From Nitrospirota bacterium (GTDB taxonomy: Bacteria > Nitrospirota > JACRHJ01): a DNA stretch of 64,000 nt. Below the pieces are notes generated by a model. The model was not told where the DNA came from, did no database searches, and worked only from the letters and a program-made list of their open reading frames with translations. The stretch is from assembly GCA_021784575.1 (NCBI GenBank), contig JAJYHX010000001.1, positions 539,995-603,994 on the forward strand. The letters run 5' to 3'. The position numbers and the translations under genes were made by a program. Positions 26,932 to 34,667 of this stretch are shown here, piece after piece (the stretch's first letter is position 1; the number at the start of each line of letters is the position of its first letter).

Positions 26932-27840
26932 ATGAAGAAAGCCCTGCCGATTTTCCTTATGTTGTCCCTGCTCACTTTCCCCGCCTGCTCCACGCAAAAA
27001 ACCGCGCTTACCGGCAGCCAGATACAGGGACTGCCGGCGAACACAAGGACGGTCGACCTGCTGATAGAGCAGCTGAAATCCCCGCGCCCGCAGAGGGACA
27101 TGGCGTATAAAAGGCTTATCGAGATAGGGGAGCCCGCCGTGCCGAAGCTGCTCAAGCTTCTGAACAGCGGCGACCCGGACATGCGCGAGTATGCCGCCGC
27201 GATTCTCGGCTCCATCGACGACAAAAGGGCCATAAAGCCGCTCATAGCCATGCTTCAGGGGCACAGGCGCAGGCGATATATCGCGGCCTGGGCGCTGGGG
27301 CAGATGAGGGCGAAACAGGCGATTGCGCCGCTTGTGGACGCCCTGTCCGTGAAGAACGACGCAATCCAGAAGGAGGCCACGCGCGCCCTGATTAACCTGG
27401 GGCCGGACGCCGTGCCCGCGCTTATCGCGGCCCTAAAAAGCCCCGACGTGGATACAAGGGAGTTTTCAATCCGGGCGCTTGGAGAGATAGAGGACAAGCG
27501 GGCGGAGAAGCCGATTATCGGGCTTTTAAACGATAAAAATAACGGGGTCACGGAGGTCGCGGCGCTCGCTCTGGGGAGCGTGGGGACCGGAAAATCCATA
27601 CCTCCGCTAATCAAAACCCTGGGTTCGGAAGACGTTACGACCAAGGTTAACGCCTCGATTTCACTGGGACAATTGGGGGCGAAGGCCGCGATCCCCACGT
27701 TGACGGCGATGCTGAAGACCGACAAGGATTCCTACGTGCGGCAGTGGTGCGCCAGGGCGCTTGAGAACATTACCGGCAGGAAATACAAGTATAAAAACGA
27801 GAATGGCGTCATGGTCTTTCCCTATAACCTCTACAGGTAA
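26932..27840 (+). CDS. HEAT-repeat (PBS-lyase type) lipoprotein
   Basis: 302 aa with the lipobox LLTFPAC and repeated ~31-aa units (D..VR..AA.ALG.I.D.RA..PLI..L). Confidence 0.75.
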   Translation: MKKALPIFLMLSLLTFPACSTQKTALTGSQIQGLPANTRTVDLLIEQLKSPRPQRDMAYKRLIEIGEPAVPKLLKLLNSGDPDMREYAAAILGSIDDKRAIKPLIAMLQGHRRRRYIAAWALGQMRAKQAIAPLVDALSVKNDAIQKEATRALINLGPDAVPALIAALKSPDVDTREFSIRALGEIEDKRAEKPIIGLLNDKNNGVTEVAALALGSVGTGKSIPPLIKTLGSEDVTTKVNASISLGQLGAKAAIPTLTAMLKTDKDSYVRQWCARALENITGRKYKYKNENGVMVFPYNLYR

Positions 27841-27866
27841 TGGGCGTTTTGCGGGAAGATTTTTCG

Positions 27867-27901
27867 GAGGCAGGTGGGAGAGGTTCCATCTGCCTCTTTT
27901 T
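27867..27901 (+). terminator. rho-independent terminator
   Basis: GAGGCAG (27867-27873) pairs with CTGCCTC (27890-27896), followed by TTTTT. Confidence 0.6.
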
Positions 27902-27920
27902 GCAAGCATGAAGGGAAAAT

Positions 27921-28673
27921 ATGAAAAAACACCTGTTCCTGGCGGCCGCGGTTTTGCTTGTTATTTCCGCCTGCGCGCATAAAAACGATCTCTACGGCAT
28001 GAGACGTCCGGGGGTTGTAAAAGGAGCGCTTACGGACGAGGCCGGGAAGCCGCTCGCGGGAGCGGAGGTATATTTTTATGTCAGTTCGGAGCGCAAGTTC
28101 AGAAGCCCGGCTGATTTCATGGCGGAACCGACGGGGCCGGACGGCGAATATTACACGGAGGTGCCTCCTGGAAAGTATTATGTCGTCGCCAGGAAACGCA
28201 TGTCCGGGAGCATGTCCGGGAACCTCAAGAAAGGAGACTTGTATACCCCGGACGCAGTCCGGATTGATGTCCGTCAAGGGGGAACCTATAAGATAGACCT
28301 CTCCCTGTATGTTTTCTCCGGAAACATGCTCTTCTCCGGCAGCGTCGGAAGGCAGGGCATACGCGGCATTATAACGGACAGGAGCGGGAAGCCGTTCAGC
28401 CAGGCGTATGCCTTTGCATACAAGGACGCGAGGATGGTGGGCAGGCCGGATTTCGTCTCAGGATGGAGCAGGAAGGACGGGAAGTTCGTGATATACGTGG
28501 ACAAGCCCGGAAAATATTATATCGGCGCGCGCACCGGTCTGATGGGCGCGCCGGGGCCGGACGAGCCTTACGGTAAATACAGGGGAAGCCGCGACCACTC
28601 CGTAACCGTCAAGGACGGCGCCTTCACGGGCGGGATAAATATCAGGCTCGGCAGGTTTTCGGATGAGAGATAG
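27921..28673 (+). CDS. lipoprotein with 2 transthyretin/CarboxypepD_reg-like repeats
   Basis: 250 aa with the lipobox LLVISAC. It carries YYVVARKRMSGSMSGNLKKGDLY and a terminal repeat of the same subtype as the other four paralogues (GIITDRSGKPFSQAYAFAYKD...GKYYIGAR...YGKYRGSRDHSVTVKDG). Confidence 0.75.
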   Translation: MKKHLFLAAAVLLVISACAHKNDLYGMRRPGVVKGALTDEAGKPLAGAEVYFYVSSERKFRSPADFMAEPTGPDGEYYTEVPPGKYYVVARKRMSGSMSGNLKKGDLYTPDAVRIDVRQGGTYKIDLSLYVFSGNMLFSGSVGRQGIRGIITDRSGKPFSQAYAFAYKDARMVGRPDFVSGWSRKDGKFVIYVDKPGKYYIGARTGLMGAPGPDEPYGKYRGSRDHSVTVKDGAFTGGINIRLGRFSDER

Positions 28674-29984
28674 ATGGAACCCATAACCCGCATATGGGGC
28701 GCGGGCAGGAGGTTCTTCTCCTCGCTTCGCCTTGCGGTATTCCTGCTCATCATGCTTGCGGTGGTGTCCGTTTTCGGGACATTCCTGCCGCAGGGGCAGG
28801 CCCCGTCTTTTTATATCGGCAAATACGGCGTCCACGGTTACAAATACCTGAAACTCCTCGGCGTGATAGACCTCTATCACTCCTGGGGTTTCCGCGCGAT
28901 TATGTCCATGCTTGCCGTAAACCTCCTGGTGTGCAGCATGGGCAGGCTTAAACGGCTTATGCAAAGGACGCTTAAACCAAATGCCGAAAAAACCGGCGGC
29001 GACATAAAAAACCTCAGGATACACAACGAACTGCCCGCAACGTCCGGGGCGGAGATACTTGAACGCTCCCTGAGGGACAGAAAATACAGCGTAATCAAGC
29101 GCGGGCGCTGTATTTACGGCTTCAAGGGGAAACTTGGCCCCTGGGGAGACATGGTAACACATGCGAGCATCCTGCTTGTTCTCATCGGCGGCCTTATCGG
29201 CAGCATGGGTATGGTGGGCACGGTCAATATCTACGCAGGAGATTATGCGGACAGGTTCTACGACTGGGGCTCCGGGAAAGAAAAGCCGCTGAATTTCAGG
29301 CTGTACGTGGATAAGTTCACACTGGAGCATTACCCGGTGGGGATGAAGGTGAACGTGCGGGACAGCAATACCGGCGCGATGCTCGGGACGTTCAATGCGA
29401 TAGAAGGCAAGTTCTTCTCCATACCCGGCACGAAGTTAAAGATAAAGCCGAAGAACGCGGACATGGAGAGACGCGAGGCAATCCTTGACATCTACAACGG
29501 GGAAAACTTCCTGGGTTCTTACGATACCGGCGCGCCCGACGGCGGACTCGCCGCGCCTCCGAGCCTGGGATATATCTTTACCGTAGGCTCTTTCAACGGG
29601 CCGGTGCTCAAGAATATAGCGAGCAGTGTCCGGATAGTGAAAGACGGCAGGGAAGCGGACCGGGCAGTGATAGAGATAAACAACCCCATGGAATACGACG
29701 GTATGACCATATACCAGACGTCATACGCGCGTGATGCGCTCGGCAGATACTATTCCGGTTTTCAACTGGTGGAGGACCCGGGAGTCCCGGTCGTCTGGGC
29801 CGGGTTTATCCTTCTCCTGGCGGGACTGTTCCTCTCGTTTTTCTTTTATCACAGACAGATATGGATAACCGTCGAGGACGGGCGTATATTCATCGGCGGG
29901 ACATCCAACAAGGACATACAGGGTTTCATGCGCGAATACGGCGGGATAATCAAGAGCTTTATGCAGGAAGTTGAGCCGGTTTGA
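28674..29984 (+). CDS. ResB/CcsB-like cytochrome c biogenesis family protein
   Basis: 436 aa with a ResB-type N-terminus (FFSSLRLAVFLLIMLAVVSVFGTFLPQ), a large periplasmic domain and a C-terminal TM helix. No CcsA/ResC gene is adjacent. Confidence 0.7.
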   Translation: MEPITRIWGAGRRFFSSLRLAVFLLIMLAVVSVFGTFLPQGQAPSFYIGKYGVHGYKYLKLLGVIDLYHSWGFRAIMSMLAVNLLVCSMGRLKRLMQRTLKPNAEKTGGDIKNLRIHNELPATSGAEILERSLRDRKYSVIKRGRCIYGFKGKLGPWGDMVTHASILLVLIGGLIGSMGMVGTVNIYAGDYADRFYDWGSGKEKPLNFRLYVDKFTLEHYPVGMKVNVRDSNTGAMLGTFNAIEGKFFSIPGTKLKIKPKNADMERREAILDIYNGENFLGSYDTGAPDGGLAAPPSLGYIFTVGSFNGPVLKNIASSVRIVKDGREADRAVIEINNPMEYDGMTIYQTSYARDALGRYYSGFQLVEDPGVPVVWAGFILLLAGLFLSFFFYHRQIWITVEDGRIFIGGTSNKDIQGFMREYGGIIKSFMQEVEPV

Positions 29985-31522
29985 TGCATTTCGGCCTCAG
30001 GACCAAGGTAATAACGTTCGCATCCTGCCTGGTTGTCGCGATAATCGGGATAAACGCGGCGGTAATGCTCCATACCGAGAAGACCGACAGCAAAAAACAG
30101 CTCGAGGAGCAGGGGAAACTCTTCGCCAAGCTTACCGCCACGGAAGTCGTCCATACTTACGGCTCGCTGTCCTGGGAATCCGGCGGAAAGCAGGACGTCC
30201 GGACGCAGATGCTGAAGTTCTTCAGATACTACCCGGACCTTGTCCGGCTCACGATTATCAGCCAGTCCGGGCTTATACTATGGGATTCGGGCGGCGCTCC
30301 GGGACATACCCCGGTTGTGGACGAAGCGCTCCTGAAAAGGCTTCCCTCGAACGGGATCGATACTGAAAAATACTACGGGCCGGACGGCGAGGAGTATATG
30401 GATATCCTGGCCCCCGCCGCGGAAAACGGCGGGCCGCAGTTCCTGAAGGTCAGGTATATCATATCCTACCGTTCGCTGAAACAACGGCTTGTAGGCATAA
30501 GGAAGCAGTTCCTGCTCCTGACCGTTATCTTCATGTTCGTTGGCGTGTTTACGGCGGCTGCCTTTGCGGCAAAGCTCATAAACCCGATACTTGCCCTGAA
30601 GGAAAGCGCCCGCGCGATAGAAGGAGGCGACCTGGACCAGGCGGTTGAGCTTGACCGCGAGGACGAGCTCGGCGAGCTTGGCCGGTCGTTTAATTCTATG
30701 GCAGGCGCGTTGAAGGGGCACAGGCGCGACCTGGAGGAGGCGAACAGGAACCTCCTGGCCGCGAACGAGGAGCTGAGGCTCCTCCAGACGGAGCTTGTCC
30801 GCTCCGAGAGGATGGCCGCGGTGGGCCAGCTTGCGGCGGGGCTTTCCCACGAGATAGACAACCCTATCGGCGTGATAATGGGTTTTGCGGAGCTTTTGCT
30901 GGAAGACACGCCTCCTGAAGACCCAAGGCGCGAAGACCTTGCCAGGATACTGGACGAGAGCAGGCGCTGCAAACGCATTGTCAGGGGACTGCTCGATTTC
31001 TCTCGCCCTCCGGCCCTCGGAGTCGTGCCGACCGACCTTGCGGAGGCGCTTGGCCAGACGGTCGAAGCCGCGAAGACACAGAGACTTTTTCGGGATGTGA
31101 GGATAAACCTTGATAGTTCCCCCGTCCCGAAAGTAATGGCCGACCCGGACAGGCTGAGGCAGGTATTTATGAACCTTATGATAAACTCCGCCCAGGCGAT
31201 GCCGGACGGCGGGAATATAGACATAAAACTCCGGCATGAGGAGGCGGCGGGTGAAGTGCGGATATCTTTCTGCGACAGCGGCCCCGGAATAAGTCCCGAA
31301 AACATGGAAAGGATTTTCGAGCCTTTCTATACCACCAAACGACCGGGCGAGGGAACGGGGCTGGGGCTTCCGATATGCGTCCGGCTCCTTGAAGAGCATG
31401 GAGGCAGGGTTTGGGTGGAAAGCGCCTCCGGGAAGGGCGCGACATTCACCGTTTCGCTCCCGGACGGGCAGATTTCCGATGAAGTCCCCGGAGAGACTGA
31501 CGGAACAGGCGAAAATTCTTGA
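29984..31522 (+). CDS. sensor histidine kinase (periplasmic sensor, HAMP, HisKA, HATPase)
   Basis: Start is the ATG at 29984 (or TTG at 29981), overlapping the ResB stop. It has two TM helices, a HAMP domain, the H-box SHEIDNPIGVI, the N-box NLMINSAQAM, and the G-boxes DSGPGI and GTGLGLPI. Confidence 0.85.
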   Translation: MHFGLRTKVITFASCLVVAIIGINAAVMLHTEKTDSKKQLEEQGKLFAKLTATEVVHTYGSLSWESGGKQDVRTQMLKFFRYYPDLVRLTIISQSGLILWDSGGAPGHTPVVDEALLKRLPSNGIDTEKYYGPDGEEYMDILAPAAENGGPQFLKVRYIISYRSLKQRLVGIRKQFLLLTVIFMFVGVFTAAAFAAKLINPILALKESARAIEGGDLDQAVELDREDELGELGRSFNSMAGALKGHRRDLEEANRNLLAANEELRLLQTELVRSERMAAVGQLAAGLSHEIDNPIGVIMGFAELLLEDTPPEDPRREDLARILDESRRCKRIVRGLLDFSRPPALGVVPTDLAEALGQTVEAAKTQRLFRDVRINLDSSPVPKVMADPDRLRQVFMNLMINSAQAMPDGGNIDIKLRHEEAAGEVRISFCDSGPGISPENMERIFEPFYTTKRPGEGTGLGLPICVRLLEEHGGRVWVESASGKGATFTVSLPDGQISDEVPGETDGTGENS

Positions 31523-31545
31523 GCGCCGCCCGGAATTGAAATATA

Positions 31546-31644
31546 ATGGGAAAGCTTAAAAGGCGCTGTGGTTATAAAACCTGTATTTGCAGAATATGTG
31601 ATTGCAATTTGCTTTGCCCGCGCAGAACGAGAAAGCTGAATTAA
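31546..31644 (+). CDS. candidate 32-aa basic, six-cysteine peptide (below the ORF-track threshold)
   Basis: The ATG..TAA ORF reads MGKLKRRCGYKTCICRICDCNLLCPRRTRKLN and fills 99 of the 126 intergenic nt. Its stop lies 4 nt before the regulator ATG, which has no SD of its own. The ORF itself has no clear SD. Confidence 0.35.
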   Translation: MGKLKRRCGYKTCICRICDCNLLCPRRTRKLN

Positions 31645-31648
31645 TTAA

Positions 31649-33034
31649 ATGCCTGACATAAGGATACTGGTCGTAGACGACGAGCCTGGAATGCGCAGCC
31701 TGCTGAGCCGGGTGCTGGCCAAGAGCGGGTATTCCGTAAGCGCGTTCGAGAAAGGGGCGGATGCGCTCGAATCCATAAACTCGGAAGACTATGATCTTGC
31801 AATCCTCGATATCGAGATGCCGTCCATGAACGGCATCGAGCTTTTAAAGAAAATCAAGATAAAAGACCCGTCCCTGTCCGTCGTGATGATAACCGCCTAC
31901 GGCTCGCTCCAGTCCGCCGTGGAGGCGATGCGTCTGGGGGCGTACGATTACTTGAGCAAGCCCTTCGAGATGGAGGAGATAAAGCACGTAGTCGGGAAGG
32001 CTCTGGAGCGCGAGCGGCTGATACGGGAGAACCGTGAGCTTCACAAGGAACTGGAGGAACAATACCGTTTTACGGGCATAGTGGGCAAAAGCCCCAGGAT
32101 GGAAGAGGTCTACGAGCTTGTAAACCAGGTGGCGGCGACCAACGCAAGCGTCCTGATACAGGGCGAATCCGGCACCGGCAAGGAGCTCGTGGCCCGCTCT
32201 ATTCATTACAACAGCAGGCGGAAGGGCCAGCCGCTCGTGATACTCAACTGCGCCGCGCTCGCCGAGGGGGTGCTGGAATCAGAGCTTTTCGGCCATGAAA
32301 AGGGCGCCTTTACGGGCGCGATAAAGCGAAAGGCCGGGCGTTTCGAGCTGGCGCACGAAGGCACGATTTTCCTGGACGAGATAGGCGAGATACCGATTTC
32401 CACGCAGTTGAAGCTCCTCAGGGTATTGCAGGAGCACGAGTTCGAGCGGGTAGGCGGAGAGAAGACGATAAAGGTTGACGTCCGGATTATCGCCGCGACG
32501 AACAAGGACCTCATGGAGGCCGTAAAAGAGGGACGTTTCCGGGAAGACCTGTACTACCGCCTGAATGTCGTAAACATAAGCATCCCGCCGCTCAGGGAGA
32601 GGAAAGACGACATCCCCGGTCTTGCCGAGCACTTTCTTGCGAAGTTTTCCGGGGAGACGGGCAAGAAAGTCGAAGGCATAGAACCCGCCGCCATGGACAT
32701 GCTTACGCGCTACGACTGGCCTGGAAACGTCCGGGAACTGGAGAACATAATAGAGCGCGCGGTGGTGCTCGAAAAGAGCGAGACGGTTACTCCTTCGAGC
32801 CTGCCTCTTACGCTTCGCCATGAGGCCGGGGACGCGGACGTCGTAAAGCTTCCGGAAGGCGGCGGGACACTGACCGATGTCCTGGAGGAACTCGAAAGAC
32901 AGCTTATTGTCAAGGCTCTGAAAGAAAAAAGCGGCTCGCAGACCGCGGCGGCGGCGGCCCTGGGTCTTAAACGCAGCACGCTTCGCTATAAACTGGAAAA
33001 ATACGGGCTTGTATCGGCGGAACTCTCTGAATAG
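31649..33034 (+). CDS. sigma-54-dependent response regulator (NtrC family)
   Basis: 461 aa with an REC domain (ILVVDDEPG, DLAILDIEMP), an AAA+ domain with GESGTGKE and the GAFTGA loop (ELFGHEKGAFTGA), and a C-terminal HTH (AAAALGLKRSTLRYKLEKYGL). Confidence 0.9.
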   Translation: MPDIRILVVDDEPGMRSLLSRVLAKSGYSVSAFEKGADALESINSEDYDLAILDIEMPSMNGIELLKKIKIKDPSLSVVMITAYGSLQSAVEAMRLGAYDYLSKPFEMEEIKHVVGKALERERLIRENRELHKELEEQYRFTGIVGKSPRMEEVYELVNQVAATNASVLIQGESGTGKELVARSIHYNSRRKGQPLVILNCAALAEGVLESELFGHEKGAFTGAIKRKAGRFELAHEGTIFLDEIGEIPISTQLKLLRVLQEHEFERVGGEKTIKVDVRIIAATNKDLMEAVKEGRFREDLYYRLNVVNISIPPLRERKDDIPGLAEHFLAKFSGETGKKVEGIEPAAMDMLTRYDWPGNVRELENIIERAVVLEKSETVTPSSLPLTLRHEAGDADVVKLPEGGGTLTDVLEELERQLIVKALKEKSGSQTAAAAALGLKRSTLRYKLEKYGLVSAELSE

Positions 33035-33048
33035 GAACGGAATTTGCA
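33033..33048 (+). promoter_or_regulatory. sigma-54 (-24/-12) promoter for the beta-helix / transporter / rSAM operon
   Basis: AGGAACGGAATTTGCA has GG-N10-GC spacing and a TTGCAT -12 box. About 21 of 26 nt are identical to the promoter at 16483. It lies very close to the ATG at 33067/33073. Confidence 0.55.
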
Positions 33049-33066
33049 TTTTACTATATCGTACGA

Positions 33067-33735
33067 ATGCGGATGAAACCCATTAAATTTTTTACAATCG
33101 GTTTTATTCTCGCCCTTATTGTTTCCTCGCGCGCCCTTGGCAGCGACAGGCCAATGCAGGTGGAGGGAGTGATAAAAAAGAGCGCAGAATGGTCGGGAAC
33201 TATACTAATAACCGGCGATACGCTTGTGCCTGAAGGCGTAACGCTGAAGATAGCTCCGGGCGCCAAGGTCTTGTTCGTCTCAAGCGAAAGCTCGAAGATT
33301 GAGCCCCTGTATCTTTCGATGCAGACCGAGCTCCTTGTCCGGGGCAGACTCCTGGCAAAGGGCACGGAGAAGGCGCCGATAATCTTCGGTTCCGCGGGCC
33401 GGGACGAGGATGGAGACAGTATAAAGCCCAAAAAGGGCTGCTGGGCCGGCCTGATATTCGACGGCCCGGACTCGTCCGACAGCGTTGTCTCTCATGCGTC
33501 CATCAGGTTCGCGGATTCGGCGATAACGACAATAAATTCTTCGCCGGTCTTTAGTTTCTGCGACCTCACGGACGGCAATTACGGTATCTCCTGCCTCGGC
33601 GAATCATGGCCCATGGTCTATTCCTGCAACATTGCCGGGAACGACTTCGGGGTGTTGTCGGGCAAAGGGGCCGAAGCGGGGATTGACCACACGAAGGTGG
33701 AAAATAACAAGGTGGATTTTATTACGAGGCAATGA
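33067..33735 (+). CDS. exported beta-helix family protein, short (N-terminal module only plus a few turns)
   Basis: 222 aa with a signal peptide and the shared module AEWSGTILITGDTLVPEGVTLKIAPGAKVLF...APIIFGSA...GCWAGLIF. There is no NWWG tail. Confidence 0.65.
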   Translation: MRMKPIKFFTIGFILALIVSSRALGSDRPMQVEGVIKKSAEWSGTILITGDTLVPEGVTLKIAPGAKVLFVSSESSKIEPLYLSMQTELLVRGRLLAKGTEKAPIIFGSAGRDEDGDSIKPKKGCWAGLIFDGPDSSDSVVSHASIRFADSAITTINSSPVFSFCDLTDGNYGISCLGESWPMVYSCNIAGNDFGVLSGKGAEAGIDHTKVENNKVDFITRQ

Positions 33736-33738
33736 TCC

Positions 33739-34653
33739 ATGGTACAGGACTTCTTGAGCAACTTGCAGGGCAGTGGTATGGCGGGGTTTTATATCGCGGC
33801 GTTTATCCTGGGCGCATTTCACGCGCTCGAACCCGGGCACGGGAAGACCGTTGTCGCGGCGTATCTCATCGGCTCAAAGGCGAAGGTTTACGAGGCGTTT
33901 GTGCTCGGAGTCATTGTAACCTTCACGCATACCTTCAGCATAATTGTCCTGGCAATCCTGGCGAGGTTTTTCGCCGAGAGGTTCACCGGTCTGCAACTGC
34001 ATATTTATCTTGGTTTTGCCGCGGCGGCCATGATACTCGGCGTCGGCCTCTCCATGATATGGACACGTTTCCGGGCCTTGAGAAGGCATATACGTCACCG
34101 CAATGAACATGCCGACGCCCATGACCATGAACACGAGCATGACCATGATCACGAGCATGACCACGAACACGAGCACGTGCATGATGAACATTCTCATATG
34201 CATTCCGACCATTACCATGACCACGACCATGACCACGACCATGACCATGAGCATGACCATGAGCACGACCACGAGCATCCTCATGCGCATTCCCACGGAG
34301 GGTTTTCCCATACGCACTATGTTCCGGGGCCGGGCGAGGAACCCTCGCTATGGAAGCTGTTTCTGCTTGGCATATCAGGCGGCATCGTGCCCTGTCCTGC
34401 GGCCTTCGCCCTTCTTCTCGCGGCTGTTTCCGCAGGCGCCGTTGCCAAAGGCTTAAGCCTCGTGATAGTCTTTTCGCTCGGCCTGGCGTTTGCGCTGATT
34501 ACCATAGGCGTAGGCGTTGTCAAGACGGCGGGGTTTGCCGGCAGGTTCATGGATATGGAAAAGGCGGCGCCGTACATATCGCTTGCGAGCGCCGTGCTTG
34601 TGACGCTTATAGGCGTCGCGACATTGTACGGCTCGATAATGCATGTAATTTAA
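33739..34653 (+). CDS. RcnA/NicO-like nickel/cobalt-type transporter with a His-rich loop
   Basis: 304 aa with the signature FHALEPGHGK in TM1, a central loop of about 79 aa holding about 34 His (HDHEHEHDHDHEHDHEHEH...), and further TM helices including GGIVPCPAA. Confidence 0.75.
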   Translation: MVQDFLSNLQGSGMAGFYIAAFILGAFHALEPGHGKTVVAAYLIGSKAKVYEAFVLGVIVTFTHTFSIIVLAILARFFAERFTGLQLHIYLGFAAAAMILGVGLSMIWTRFRALRRHIRHRNEHADAHDHEHEHDHDHEHDHEHEHVHDEHSHMHSDHYHDHDHDHDHDHEHDHEHDHEHPHAHSHGGFSHTHYVPGPGEEPSLWKLFLLGISGGIVPCPAAFALLLAAVSAGAVAKGLSLVIVFSLGLAFALITIGVGVVKTAGFAGRFMDMEKAAPYISLASAVLVTLIGVATLYGSIMHVI

Positions 34654-34667
34654 GAAACTGCGCTATT

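Noticed and set aside
34084-34320. Periodic CATGACCAYGA-type DNA repeats that look like a microsatellite or a short repeat array.
   Set aside because: They lie in frame inside a transporter gene and encode the His/Asp/Glu loop. This is not a CRISPR array or a non-coding repeat.
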